From positions 64,001 through 128,000 of the IMG/VR virus record IMGVR_UViG_3300034152_000478: a stretch of DNA of 64,000 nt; one strand, given 5' to 3'. The DNA comes from a virus. The notes below the pieces were generated by a model that saw nothing but the letters and a program-made list of their open reading frames with translations, was not told where the DNA came from and made no database searches. Of this stretch, positions 50,465 to 59,502 are shown in pieces (the stretch's first letter is position 1; the number at the start of each line of letters is the position of its first letter). A program made the translations under genes and the position numbers.

Positions 50465-51405
50465 TCGTCCGCCTTTCTATACACCCTTGTCCCTAAGAAA
50501 TAGTTGGCCGACTTGCTCATGGTACCAGGCTCCAGCTCGCTAATAGCAGCGTCCATAATCCCAATGCGACTGTCTGCCATGTCGGCAATATGTAGTAGTT
50601 GTGCCTCTGGTGTCGCAGGCTCAACCGGAGAGCCCCATTCCATTTTACCATGATGCGCCAGCATACAGTGAGCCAACTGAATGAATTCCTCTTTTGTTAG
50701 TGTCAGATTGTTTTCTTCTATGCATTTGATTAACAGTTCATAGCCAATAACAATATGGTTGACGAGGCTCCCAATCAGCGTGTAGTCGATAGAAAACTGA
50801 TCCACTGTATAGGTGGGTACTTTACCTATGTCATGTAATAGTGCAGCAGTTAATAGCAGGCTACGATTGACATGGTTGCCATATACGTCTGCCATTTTAT
50901 CGCACAGCATAGCAACGTGAACAGTGTGTTTCAGAAGACCACCAAGACAAGCCTCGTGCACCTTTGCAGCGGCCGGTGTGCGACATAGATCCTCGCCATA
51001 CTTCTTAAGCATAGCAATTAGAACCGCCTTATAGCGCTCGTTCTTGATCTTGCGCATAAGCGCTCCCATCTCTTTTTTGTATTCAGCAATTTCTGCTGTG
51101 TCAAGAGAGAGTAGCATGTCTTCCATTAGCTCGGGAGACGGCTTTTCTATTCTGGTGACACGACTGGTATTGAGGCTTTTGTTGTTTTTGAATTCGTTCA
51201 CAGTCCCCGTAATAGAAACCACATCTTTGTGCTTCACACCACAGCGTTCAAGATCCGTATCCCACATGAAGCAACGGACACTCTTGCCGCCAGCAGATAC
51301 CAGAAGCTCAACGTATGTCTTCTGGGTTTTGGTTTTCTTTTCTTGGATGCTGTCAACAAACCCCTCGATAGTAACAACTTCGCCTGCATTCTTCTCAGAT
51401 AACAT
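50461..51405 (-). CDS. YhaM-like 3'-5' exonuclease (OB + HD)
   Basis: N-terminal OB fold, PAA..HE..GGLLKHT, LLHDIGK, HHGKMEWGSP, ADMAD. Confidence 0.9.
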   Translation of the reverse strand: MLSEKNAGEVVTIEGFVDSIQEKKTKTQKTYVELLVSAGGKSVRCFMWDTDLERCGVKHKDVVSITGTVNEFKNNKSLNTSRVTRIEKPSPELMEDMLLSLDTAEIAEYKKEMGALMRKIKNERYKAVLIAMLKKYGEDLCRTPAAAKVHEACLGGLLKHTVHVAMLCDKMADVYGNHVNRSLLLTAALLHDIGKVPTYTVDQFSIDYTLIGSLVNHIVIGYELLIKCIEENNLTLTKEEFIQLAHCMLAHHGKMEWGSPVEPATPEAQLLHIADMADSRIGIMDAAISELEPGTMSKSANYFLGTRVYRKADE

Positions 51406-51407
51406 TT

Positions 51408-52442
51408 CTACGCCTTCCTCTTCATAAACTTCGCGTTTTTCTTAAGCTCGAACAAGTTTGTAGCGCCGACTAAGGATAGGCCAGACTTAATCTCGCCAGC
51501 CAGACGCCTGATAATAATTTCGCTTTTCTCCTTTACTGGGAGAATCTTGCTGCCTCCCTCTGGCGCTGTGCCAGGCTTGACCCCGCCTTTGCGTAGCTTT
51601 TGAGCCTGCTCAGAAGCCATGCCATAATACAGCGCTTTCAGCTCCCCGTTAATGACAGTGAATCCCTCGGGTGGACACCAGCTTGAACCCGCCAGGAGAC
51701 CACCTATCATGACTGCATCAGCTCCCAAGGCTAAAGCTTTGGTCATTGATCCACCAGCGACATGACTGCCGTCAGCTATAACAGTGACTATCCTGTCGCC
51801 AGTTTCTGCTATGCGTGCGCCATCTACACATTCCGCCAATGAGGTTGCAGTAGGAACACCTACGCCTGTTACTTTCAGCGTCCAGCATACAGAGCCTCCC
51901 CCATTGGTTGCTCTAATGCAATCAGCGCCAGCTTCAGCCAGGTCTTTTGCTCCCTCGTAGGTAGAAACATTGCCAGCTATTATCTGTAGCTTGGAGTAGT
52001 GTTTCTTGATGTATTTGATCATAGTGATGACGCGTGTGTAGTGCCCTATGTTGACATCAATACACACAATGCCAGCCAGTGAAGCCAGGGCTTTGAGTAC
52101 TTCTTTACCCTCAGCTCCCAGCCCGATAGCAAATGCTGCATATTTTTTGGGAACTCCACCTTTGCGGATCGCCTTCATTTCTGATACAAGAGTTTGGGTG
52201 TCGGCCCAGCGATGAAGGATGCCAAGGGCTCCGATCTTATACATTCGGATGCACATTTTGGAGCCACAAACAGTGGGCATGGGGGCAGCTATAATGGGGA
52301 TCTTCAGCGTAACGCCAGGTAGAATCTCGCTGTAAAGCTTGACGTGGCTACGCGAAACCACTTTTGATAGGCGGGGACGAACCGTCAGCTCGTCGTATGT
52401 GTATCCCCTTTGTAATCCCTCTAACTTGTCTCTTGCTCCCAT
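51408..52442 (-). CDS. IMP dehydrogenase / GMP reductase family protein (no CBS domain)
   Basis: AAPMPTV, IAGNV, GGGSVCWT (catalytic Cys), KALALGADAVMIGG, YYGMAS, APEG. Confidence 0.9.
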   Translation of the reverse strand: MGARDKLEGLQRGYTYDELTVRPRLSKVVSRSHVKLYSEILPGVTLKIPIIAAPMPTVCGSKMCIRMYKIGALGILHRWADTQTLVSEMKAIRKGGVPKKYAAFAIGLGAEGKEVLKALASLAGIVCIDVNIGHYTRVITMIKYIKKHYSKLQIIAGNVSTYEGAKDLAEAGADCIRATNGGGSVCWTLKVTGVGVPTATSLAECVDGARIAETGDRIVTVIADGSHVAGGSMTKALALGADAVMIGGLLAGSSWCPPEGFTVINGELKALYYGMASEQAQKLRKGGVKPGTAPEGGSKILPVKEKSEIIIRRLAGEIKSGLSLVGATNLFELKKNAKFMKRKA

Positions 52443-52445
52443 AGG

Positions 52446-53120
52446 CTATCCTATTGCATCGATTAGATTGTATGCATGCTTGAAGATTTTTAGATAATCT
52501 TCCCGGCTTAATCCACCTCTCAATATATACGACGGATGGTATGTGGCAAAAACCATATACTCATAGCCGGTATAACCAGCTTGTATCCCAAACAGGCGAG
52601 CTTGTCTCAGCTCTCTGTAAGACATTTCCTTCACTTCATCAGTGATAGCGAATCGCTGGAAAAACTCACAGGCCGTAGCTCCCAACGCAACAATAGTAGC
52701 TGGATTAGTGACAGTAATCTCATTCCACAGATAGCCATTACACCTGGCAATCTCTGTAAAGTTGGGTTTCCTATTACCTGGCGGCCTACACTTTACCACA
52801 TTTGTAATAGCATAACTTTGAAAGCCTGCCTCCTCCATGGTTGCTCTCAGCAATTGGCCAGCTTTGCCGACAAATGGTATTCCTTGTTCATCTTCATCCG
52901 CGCCAGGAGCTTCGCCTACAAACATAACCACTTTGTTACGGATACCCATTCGTATTTCGCTTTCAAGATCCGAGCAGCCAACAAATCTGTAATCTATACC
53001 GACTACCTGTTTGCAGTGTGTGCAAAGATCGCAACAGTTACAATGGGCTATCTTAAAGTACATGGGATAATCTTGATTTTCCTCTTTCGGTGCAGACGCG
53101 TCTGTTCGTATAGTCGTCAC
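52446..53120 (-). CDS. Uracil-DNA glycosylase, family 4
   Basis: CNCCDL, GEAPGADED, FVGKAG, NVVKCRPPGNR, YHPSY. Confidence 0.92.
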   Translation of the reverse strand: MTTIRTDASAPKEENQDYPMYFKIAHCNCCDLCTHCKQVVGIDYRFVGCSDLESEIRMGIRNKVVMFVGEAPGADEDEQGIPFVGKAGQLLRATMEEAGFQSYAITNVVKCRPPGNRKPNFTEIARCNGYLWNEITVTNPATIVALGATACEFFQRFAITDEVKEMSYRELRQARLFGIQAGYTGYEYMVFATYHPSYILRGGLSREDYLKIFKHAYNLIDAIG

Positions 53121-54183
53121 CGTTCTTATTGAGAATGCGAGCCTCGATCATCTTGTGCAGCGTTCGCTTCAGTCGAGTCGTAGTGGTCATATAACCATGA
53201 TCCTCGCAATGATTAGCAACCTGCGCAAAGGATGCTCTGTTGCCATTGGTTTCAATGAACTGATACACGTGCCGCTCAATCGGAGCCATTACGAGAAACT
53301 TGGCCGGGTTGCAATGCACAGTTTTGTCGACCAGATCCTTGGCGACAGCGAGCAAAGCATCGTCACCAAGCAGATCAGACACGTTACACAGACGCTTGAG
53401 AAACGTCAGGATATCTATTACGTCATTCGCCTGTCGATAGAGAGCCTTGCCCGGCTCCAAATTCTCAGCCGCCTTCTTCAGGAATAGTTGCTTGGCGTAC
53501 TCAGTCTCATCATCAGTGAGATTGTGGTCACACACAGAAAGCATGGCGTCCTGTAGTGCGTGCCACTCTTCCTGGGTCGGCTTCTGTCTGGTATCTGCAG
53601 TCGAGAAGAATGCCTCGTCGCTATCGTGCTGAGCCTCAATGTAACACAGTGTGAATCTCTCCAGCATGGCGACGATATGATCATTCAGAGCCTTCTTAAA
53701 AGGTATTCCGTTGGTGGCTCCCAGCAAAACACCCGTGAACGGAATCGAGCTGGTGTTGCCATGCTTCAACCGGGACAGCGCACCAGAGGCGATCTGCTTC
53801 AGGATGTTAATGTGCATAGCGGTATCTGCATCCAACTCATCTACAACTATTACGGCATCGTGATGTTCGACCAGCAACTCAAACAGTCCAGGACCAGTAG
53901 ATATACCAGACGGCACCCAGATTCCAAGCTGGTTGCCATACTGATCGACCTTGTGCAACTCCAGACCGTAGTAAATGCTCTTCAGGGTGCTCGTCTTGCC
54001 GCCGCCACCCTGGCCGACAGCCAGCACACCCTTGAATCCATTCTCAAACGACCTGCCGATACGAGGCGCATTGAATACACCTTGCAGTGTCAAATTGTAT
54101 TCTATGCGGGCACGCAATGCTTTCAGAATAGACAATGCGAACTCGAAGTTTTCAGTCTTCCTGATAATTTCCAGAATGTTCAT
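53053..54183 (-). CDS. AAA+ ATPase with C-terminal winged-helix-like domain
   Basis: Walker A GQGGGGKT, Walker B VVDE, sensor GATN, Arg finger ERF. Confidence 0.7.
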   Translation of the reverse strand: MNILEIIRKTENFEFALSILKALRARIEYNLTLQGVFNAPRIGRSFENGFKGVLAVGQGGGGKTSTLKSIYYGLELHKVDQYGNQLGIWVPSGISTGPGLFELLVEHHDAVIVVDELDADTAMHINILKQIASGALSRLKHGNTSSIPFTGVLLGATNGIPFKKALNDHIVAMLERFTLCYIEAQHDSDEAFFSTADTRQKPTQEEWHALQDAMLSVCDHNLTDDETEYAKQLFLKKAAENLEPGKALYRQANDVIDILTFLKRLCNVSDLLGDDALLAVAKDLVDKTVHCNPAKFLVMAPIERHVYQFIETNGNRASFAQVANHCEDHGYMTTTTRLKRTLHKMIEARILNKNGDDYTNRRVCTERGKSRLSHVL

Positions 54184-54196
54184 GGCATCACACCTT

Positions 54197-55015
54197 TCAG
54201 ATGTGCAACTCCTGCAGTCGCAGGCTAAAACCTCTGTCCGTCCAGAACTTCATGTGCATCATGGTAGCATACAAACAATAGGCTGCATGCTCGTGTGCCA
54301 ACTCATGCCGCACGACTCCTGGCGTAATATATATCTCCTCCATGCTAAGGCGCTCAAGAGGACGGTGCCCGTTTACCAGGCGAGCCTTCAAGTCCTTAGA
54401 ATGGATGGCGACAAATGCATCGTACATTCTCTTTAATAACTTCTGTATTACCTCCTGCTTTAATGGCTCACGTCCAGAATGCACCGACAGGACTCGCTTA
54501 AACTCTCGCAGATCCATCGTTCCTCGAAACGCATGGAAGATCCTGCTTATGTCTAATGTCAAAGGAAAAACTATGTTGTGAGACTTGTCAGTTTTCACTA
54601 CAGGACCGAGCCCGTGCATCTTATCTGGCACCACATGATCGTAAAGATGAAAACAAAAGTAACCAGTCAGATAACCTCGCAGTGCCTTGGTGTCAACGAG
54701 CAGTTTAGATACAAGCTTTTTACCGAACCAGTATTTGTATGTTTGTACGACCTGACCACCATCCTCTGCATTATCCAGCAGCCACTTGTCGGCAGCTTCG
54801 TGCTTGCCTATTTGTGGTATTCCTAAGTAGGACGCCGGGTGTTCACAGCTATTAAGATACTCGCTCCACAGCATACAGTGGCGCATTAAGTCTCGATAGT
54901 TAGGATCATTCTTCGCATGAACCCGCACGTGACTCATTGCATCAAGTAAAGCTATGCACCTATCGGTGTCTTCCATTTTAGGAAGGATGGTGATGAAGGG
55001 TCCTATGCTCCCCAT
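54197..55015 (-). CDS. Hypothetical protein
   Basis: 272-aa ORF; start likely 54976. Confidence 0.55.
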   Translation of the reverse strand: MGSIGPFITILPKMEDTDRCIALLDAMSHVRVHAKNDPNYRDLMRHCMLWSEYLNSCEHPASYLGIPQIGKHEAADKWLLDNAEDGGQVVQTYKYWFGKKLVSKLLVDTKALRGYLTGYFCFHLYDHVVPDKMHGLGPVVKTDKSHNIVFPLTLDISRIFHAFRGTMDLREFKRVLSVHSGREPLKQEVIQKLLKRMYDAFVAIHSKDLKARLVNGHRPLERLSMEEIYITPGVVRHELAHEHAAYCLYATMMHMKFWTDRGFSLRLQELHI

Positions 55016-55553
55016 TGAAAAACTTGAATGCCCTTATAGCTTGCGCGGGTCCAAGTGTGTTGTCATCAATCGTGATACCCGCATATGGTTTTATGGTCTC
55101 AGTCCAAATCTTGAAACGCTTAAGTCCGTACTTGTCGAGCAGTTTTTGTAGCTGCTTCTTATGCCATGCAGCTTCACATTGCCCGCCGACAGTCATAGGG
55201 TCAAGACGACATGTCCAAACGTATATCTCGTACTCTTCTGGTAGCTGTAATAGCCAGTTGATCAGCGGCCAATTCAATTTGCCGAACCAGGGATACTCAT
55301 TGACAGCCAGTGTATCGTCCATATCGACAAAGACACGCTTTTTACCCACCTCATAAAATTCATCAGGATAGACTGCATAATCATGAGAATTGATGTCATT
55401 GTGATCGTACAGGCTGGTTTCGTCGGAATCTTCTGAGCTTTCTATGCTAATGTTGCCACACTTACACGTCCAGTCTGATGGATAATGCGTGGCTTCTTTG
55501 CAACGCAGGCATTTAATAACACCATGACCTTCAAGAAGAGAAGTTTCTATCAT
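54978..55553 (-). CDS. HAD-superfamily phosphatase with N-terminal Zn ribbon
   Basis: CLRC..CKCGN, FVDMDDTL, WTCR, KP....IDD. Confidence 0.8.
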   Translation of the reverse strand: MIETSLLEGHGVIKCLRCKEATHYPSDWTCKCGNISIESSEDSDETSLYDHNDINSHDYAVYPDEFYEVGKKRVFVDMDDTLAVNEYPWFGKLNWPLINWLLQLPEEYEIYVWTCRLDPMTVGGQCEAAWHKKQLQKLLDKYGLKRFKIWTETIKPYAGITIDDNTLGPAQAIRAFKFFNGEHRTLHHHPS

Positions 55554-55747
55554 TGCAAATCTACTCCGAAGCAGGCAAACGCATCGTTCTCGCCTTCGTG
55601 GAATTTGCGCCTTGACTTCTTAGCCAGCTTAGCCCAGGTTCGCATTTCCAAATCAGCGCTATGAATCCTTGCGTAACAATCCAAGCATACATCTTCGCGT
55701 ATGTCTTCGATCTCTACTTGATTGCCACAGTGCGGACACTGAATCAT
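55550..55747 (-). CDS. Small zinc-finger protein
   Basis: CPHC...CLDC; ATGA coupling. Confidence 0.55.
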   Translation of the reverse strand: MIQCPHCGNQVEIEDIREDVCLDCYARIHSADLEMRTWAKLAKKSRRKFHEGENDAFACFGVDLQ

Positions 55748-56004
55748 TCGACTTGCTCTTTCGGTTGTGTTAAAATATACAGCTCCAAGCCAGCCGCGCT
55801 CACAGTCTCATATGCACCGTGTATCATCGCAGCCAGCCTGGCGGAACATTCCACCAGCATTCCAGCCTTAAACCAAAGCAGATAAGTATTATTCACCAAA
55901 CGGTAAATCTCCAAAGTCCAATCCGTCGAACGGGCTCCCATGTTGTCCGTAAGACTGCAGGTTGGTGCCACCCTCCTCCGGGCTAAATCGCAAACAAATA
56001 TCAA
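55744..56004 (-). CDS. Hypothetical protein
   Basis: Needed to fill the operon; start uncertain. Confidence 0.35.
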   Translation of the reverse strand: MIFVCDLARRRVAPTCSLTDNMGARSTDWTLEIYRLVNNTYLLWFKAGMLVECSARLAAMIHGAYETVSAAGLELYILTQPKEQVE

Positions 56005-56278
56005 TGTTCGGTGATGTCAATACCTGACGAGGTATCTTTCCGATACAAGCCAGCAAGGTAGTAATGTGCTCCATGCTTTGTTGTACCGTCGAGTTAATTG
56101 CTGCTTCACCTCCAGCTCCCTCACTGAGAGTGTTTCTCAATAGCTCGCACAGCATTCTGCTGATATGCGCCTGTCCGTTTTTCACACCCACTGCAAGTGA
56201 CAGCAGGTTATAGACTGTGTAGAAAACTTTCAGCGGTATGTGGAGTGTTAGTTCGGTCTTGTAGTTTTCACCTTCCAC
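55889..56278 (-). CDS. Hypothetical protein
   Basis: Operonic ORF ending GDLPFGE. Confidence 0.5.
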   Translation of the reverse strand: MEGENYKTELTLHIPLKVFYTVYNLLSLAVGVKNGQAHISRMLCELLRNTLSEGAGGEAAINSTVQQSMEHITTLLACIGKIPRQVLTSPNIDICLRFSPEEGGTNLQSYGQHGSPFDGLDFGDLPFGE

Positions 56279-56504
56279 ACCAAACCTCTATCATAGTTCT
56301 GTCGTAGCCGCGCCCTTGTCCCAACTCCGTTCTATGTCGACGAATGAAGTAAGTGTGGTTCTTGATGCGCTCAACCACCTCGGCATACCAACGCATCCAA
56401 AAGTCTGTGCCTTTATACCCTTCCGCCTTTAGTAGTGTCGCTGTTCTGAAAGTACCGATCCAAGTGCGCTCGGACATGACGTACCTCTTTGAGAATGTCG
56501 CCAA
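56268..56504 (-). CDS. Hypothetical protein
   Basis: Operonic ORF. Confidence 0.45.
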   Translation of the reverse strand: MATFSKRYVMSERTWIGTFRTATLLKAEGYKGTDFWMRWYAEVVERIKNHTYFIRRHRTELGQGRGYDRTMIEVWCGR

Positions 56505-56595
56505 GTCTGAAAAGACAAAGTGTCAATATAAAGACAGTAAGGACGCCAATAGGCATCACCCAACCAAGTATATCACGCACTTCGTTTGTTGTCAA
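56413..56595 (-). CDS. Small membrane protein
   Basis: One TM helix. Confidence 0.45.
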   Translation of the reverse strand: MTTNEVRDILGWVMPIGVLTVFILTLCLFRLGDILKEVRHVRAHLDRYFQNSDTTKGGRV

Positions 56596-56601
56596 GTGAT
56601 T

Positions 56602-56961
56602 TTATTCCTCTCGCGGATTAAATTGCTCTAAGATATCATCATAGGTGGCTTCTTCAACTTCGTCTTCGCCACAGCAAGAAGGATCGACAGCAACCTCTTC
56701 GTCAATAGCAGGGCCGTCAGGATCAACAGCAGGAACGTCGAGCACTGGTTCACCAGTGTCGGTAGCTCGGACTCCAGCGACTTCAGGAGCCTCAGGGGCG
56801 GGGGACGCCCCCACTTTCTTTTTGGGCGTTCGAGGGGCGCGTGTCTCACGCACGTTGTTTTCTCGATTGGCACGATAGAGACCCCAACAGCCTTCGCAGT
56901 CTGTGCGTGGCTTACGTAGTCCTTTATAAGTTGGGTGCTCAGAACACTTTACTTCACTCAT
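56602..56961 (-). CDS. Hypothetical protein with basic Cys/His N-terminus and acidic C-terminus
   Basis: AAGGAGG RBS; first gene after the tandem promoters. Confidence 0.65.
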   Translation of the reverse strand: MSEVKCSEHPTYKGLRKPRTDCEGCWGLYRANRENNVRETRAPRTPKKKVGASPAPEAPEVAGVRATDTGEPVLDVPAVDPDGPAIDEEVAVDPSCCGEDEVEEATYDDILEQFNPREE

Positions 56962-57009
56962 TTCAATCCCTCCTTACAGTTGGATGTGTACACATAGGCA
57001 AAATGTCCT

Positions 57010-57034
57010 CTATTATAATATCGGTCCGATTTGC
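57010..57034 (-). promoter_or_regulatory. Phage promoter-like motif, copy 4
   Basis: Minus strand GCAAATCGGACCGATA-TTATAA-TAG, containing TATAAT. Confidence 0.72.
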
Positions 57035-57065
57035 CACTTGACTTTAATCTTTTTCCCTTTTTAAT

Positions 57066-57094
57066 ATTATACCATCTTTTCCCAGATTTGTCAA
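57066..57094 (-). promoter_or_regulatory. Consensus sigma70 promoter
   Basis: TTGACA, 17-bp spacer, TATAAT, with TGn extended -10. Confidence 0.85.
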
Positions 57095-57180
57095 ATGTAT
57101 GGTTTTCAGACACCGTTCGTAGAAAGCTGTCAGATCGTCTGTATTGGCTTGTAATCGCACCCTACTCAGAACATTCGGGG

Positions 57181-57216
57181 AAAAACGAGAGCCCCCAGGG
57201 GCTGCCTGAGGGCTCT
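57181..57216 (-). terminator. Rho-independent terminator downstream of the tRNA
   Basis: AGAGCCCUCAGG pairs with CCUGGGGGCUCU, followed by CGUUUUU. Confidence 0.7.
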
Positions 57217-57256
57217 TGGCTGGAGGACTGCGGCCCTCGGACTTCTCATTGTGTAA

Positions 57257-57331
57257 TGGAGCGGCCAGCGGGACTCGAACCCGCATTGTCGACTTGGCAA
57301 GCCGATGCACTACCAGTTGTACTATGGCCGC
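57257..57331 (-). tRNA. tRNA-Gly (GCC)
   Basis: GCGGCCA/TGGCCGC acceptor stem, TCGGC-TTGCCAA-GTCGA anticodon arm, GTTCGAGTC T-loop, encoded CCA. Confidence 0.95.
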
Positions 57332-57385
57332 CTTATTATCTGTAATACGTCACAGAACCAGTCCGGCTATTACTGACCCTGCTAA

Positions 57386-57964
57386 TTACTCAGACATATC
57401 CAGACTGATTAGTACCTTCCCAACGCGCAGCGGCTGGTCGCTGATATGCACGATCTGGCCACCACTAATATAGTGCTTGTGGAATGTGCCCTGCGGCGTC
57501 TTCCAGTACAGATACCTGATTGAGCTACCATAGGTGCCATCGTCCTGGATTACCTCGGTCGTGCGACGCATCTGTCCGCTGATCTCCACCGGGATACCAC
57601 GAAGCTCATAGCTACAACTCTGATTGTCCTGCGCTGCAACGCTGTAAGGCTTCAGTCGCTTCCCGGAAGATGTCACCTTGCCATCAACAGCCGAGTAGAG
57701 AATGACATCGCCACTAAAGGCAGAGATAACATACAGGTGCTTAATAGAGCCCGGCCTGTTGTCTTCCCTCAAGCGATGAACGATGTTGCGCTGTTCAGCC
57801 GTCATGCCCTTGGCATCAGTCTTAACAATGTCGTTGGTGACTGAAACCTGACGCACGCCAGACTCAGTAGTGGGCTTACTTTCCTCTCCACTGGGACAAC
57901 CAGTCAGAGTAAGCAGCACGATTACTGCCGCAAGAATAGCAAAAACAAACCAAACGTTTCTCAT
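57386..57964 (-). CDS. Lipoprotein
   Basis: Signal peptide with LTGC lipobox; GKVTSSGKRL, DDGTYGSS. Confidence 0.75.
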   Translation of the reverse strand: MRNVWFVFAILAAVIVLLTLTGCPSGEESKPTTESGVRQVSVTNDIVKTDAKGMTAEQRNIVHRLREDNRPGSIKHLYVISAFSGDVILYSAVDGKVTSSGKRLKPYSVAAQDNQSCSYELRGIPVEISGQMRRTTEVIQDDGTYGSSIRYLYWKTPQGTFHKHYISGGQIVHISDQPLRVGKVLISLDMSE

Positions 57965-57976
57965 AAGTGACCTCCT

Positions 57977-58447
57977 TTATCGAGTAAGGTAAGTAGCAAA
58001 CTTGCGAGGCAAAGGCTCCAGGTTAGCCGGTAGACCTGCAGGCATCTGTCCAGCATTACAAAATGCATAGTTGAACTTGGCCATTTGTGCATTGTAGTCG
58101 GCTGCCAGGTTGTTGAATTGTGACTTGACCGCGACAGTTTCTGCTCGACTCATAGCGTAATCCTGTCTCACATCTCGTGGCCAATCTTTGCGGTCCTCAC
58201 CATAGTTATCCACAAAAGACTTGACGTTCTCTTCAAAGACAGCGATCTTGGATCTCATACTGTCCAAAGCAGCAGCCTGATCCTTGAACCACTCGTACTT
58301 CTGGAGCAGCCTGGTCGGGCTAAACTCTTTCTTTGCTACGTTAATAGCATCCTTTGCGAACCAGCCGACAAGGCTGGCAACGCAACCGCCCGCCACCAGA
58401 ATGACCACACACATTGTGATGCCTAAACCTAAAGCGACTTTCTTCAT
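57977..58447 (-). CDS. Membrane-anchored coiled-coil protein (LemA-like)
   Basis: N-terminal TM, YEWF, NNLAADYNA. Confidence 0.6.
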   Translation of the reverse strand: MKKVALGLGITMCVVILVAGGCVASLVGWFAKDAINVAKKEFSPTRLLQKYEWFKDQAAALDSMRSKIAVFEENVKSFVDNYGEDRKDWPRDVRQDYAMSRAETVAVKSQFNNLAADYNAQMAKFNYAFCNAGQMPAGLPANLEPLPRKFATYLTR

Positions 58448-58474
58448 GAAACTACCTCCGTAAAAGTGAAACTA

Positions 58475-58819
58475 CTACTCTTCTTTGAAAAAGGGATGTC
58501 GTTTACAAAAGAAGTCTGGCGGCGAGTGTCGATCATGCATTTGCATACCAGGCTCGTGACAGCAGCCAAGCCCAGCTTCTTCACGTGATATGTGTCGCTC
58601 TCCCCTGTCGTCCCAAATTGTACCAAAGTGTTCCCAATACTCACAGGTGCGACAGCAAACGTCCTCGCCAAGAGTAAGCTGTTTGCCTTCGGCAGCTTTG
58701 ACTATTAATCCGTAGAACTGGTCTGTAGCCCTCTTAAGCTTATACAAAGCTGGCAGATTTTCTTCTACCTCTTTCAGCAGCTTGACCATTGCGTCGAGGT
58801 CTTCTTGCTTCATGACCAC
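58475..58819 (-). CDS. Hypothetical protein, Cys-rich C-terminus
   Basis: CRTCEYW...GCC...FFC. Confidence 0.55.
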   Translation of the reverse strand: MVMKQEDLDAMVKLLKEVEENLPALYKLKRATDQFYGLIVKAAEGKQLTLGEDVCCRTCEYWEHFGTIWDDRGERHISREEAGLGCCHEPGMQMHDRHSPPDFFCKRHPFFKEE

Positions 58820-58821
58820 TC

Positions 58822-59070
58822 CTAATCAGGTGGCAGCCAAGTCTCAATAAGTTTCGGCTTCGGTCCAGACAGATCGTATTCGCAACATTCGTTTTCTTCT
58901 GGCACGGTATCAAACAGGGCGCACACCCCGATACCGCACAAACATCGAAGTGTCAGGTGATTCAATCTGCTTGATATGTCCCAGGTTTGCTGCCCTTTAT
59001 ACCAACGTGGTTCGACAGTAAATACATCATAGTCGTCCCATTCTTTATTGTATGTCAACCAAACTATCAT
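58822..59070 (-). CDS. Hypothetical protein
   Basis: GAGG RBS; operonic. Confidence 0.5.
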   Translation of the reverse strand: MIVWLTYNKEWDDYDVFTVEPRWYKGQQTWDISSRLNHLTLRCLCGIGVCALFDTVPEENECCEYDLSGPKPKLIETWLPPD

Positions 59071-59073
59071 GGC

Positions 59074-59502
59074 CTATTCCTCGTCAAATGTCACAACGAA
59101 GCTAATCGAATTAGACTGGTCAGATTCAAGCCCGTTGCGGAAGTGTGTAGCGTACAGGTCGTATGTGCCTGCTGCCAGATTGTACTGTTCACGCAAGTCT
59201 TTGAATGGTACTCGTGTCGTGCCAGGCTCTACCTCCAGTGTGAATCCGTTTGAGAAGTATAAGTAGGTACCATCGATGTTGGTATCGCCCTCGTCCCAGG
59301 CAATCACACCGTGCCAAATAGATGCTCGCGTCGTTGCCACGATCTCCCCGGCCTTGTACACGTGCATGGTATAGACTAAATGGCCGTATTCTTCTGGTGT
59401 ATCTACAATGGTGCCATGGGTCGCACTGCCACCCACCACGATCCTTTCACCCTGCTTGACAACAAACGAATAGAGTAGCGGACTATGCCCATTCCAGGAC
59501 AC
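59074..59502 (-). CDS. Fibronectin type III-like protein or fragment
   Basis: IAWD..DGTYLYF...LAAGTYDLYATHFRNGLESDQSN. Overlaps the upstream ORF by 100 bp. Confidence 0.45.
   Translation of the reverse strand: MSWNGHSPLLYSFVVKQGERIVVGGSATHGTIVDTPEEYGHLVYTMHVYKAGEIVATTRASIWHGVIAWDEGDTNIDGTYLYFSNGFTLEVEPGTTRVPFKDLREQYNLAAGTYDLYATHFRNGLESDQSNSISFVVTFDEE

Noticed and set aside
54952-54967. Sixth copy of the promoter motif (CTA-N6-TATCGGT)
   Set aside because: It lacks the conserved flank and an AT-rich hexamer, and lies within coding sequence.
57031-57473. ORFs spanning the tRNA region, and + strand ORFs throughout 7000-64000
   Set aside because: They are shadow frames over the tRNA, promoters or well-supported - strand genes, with no motifs of their own.
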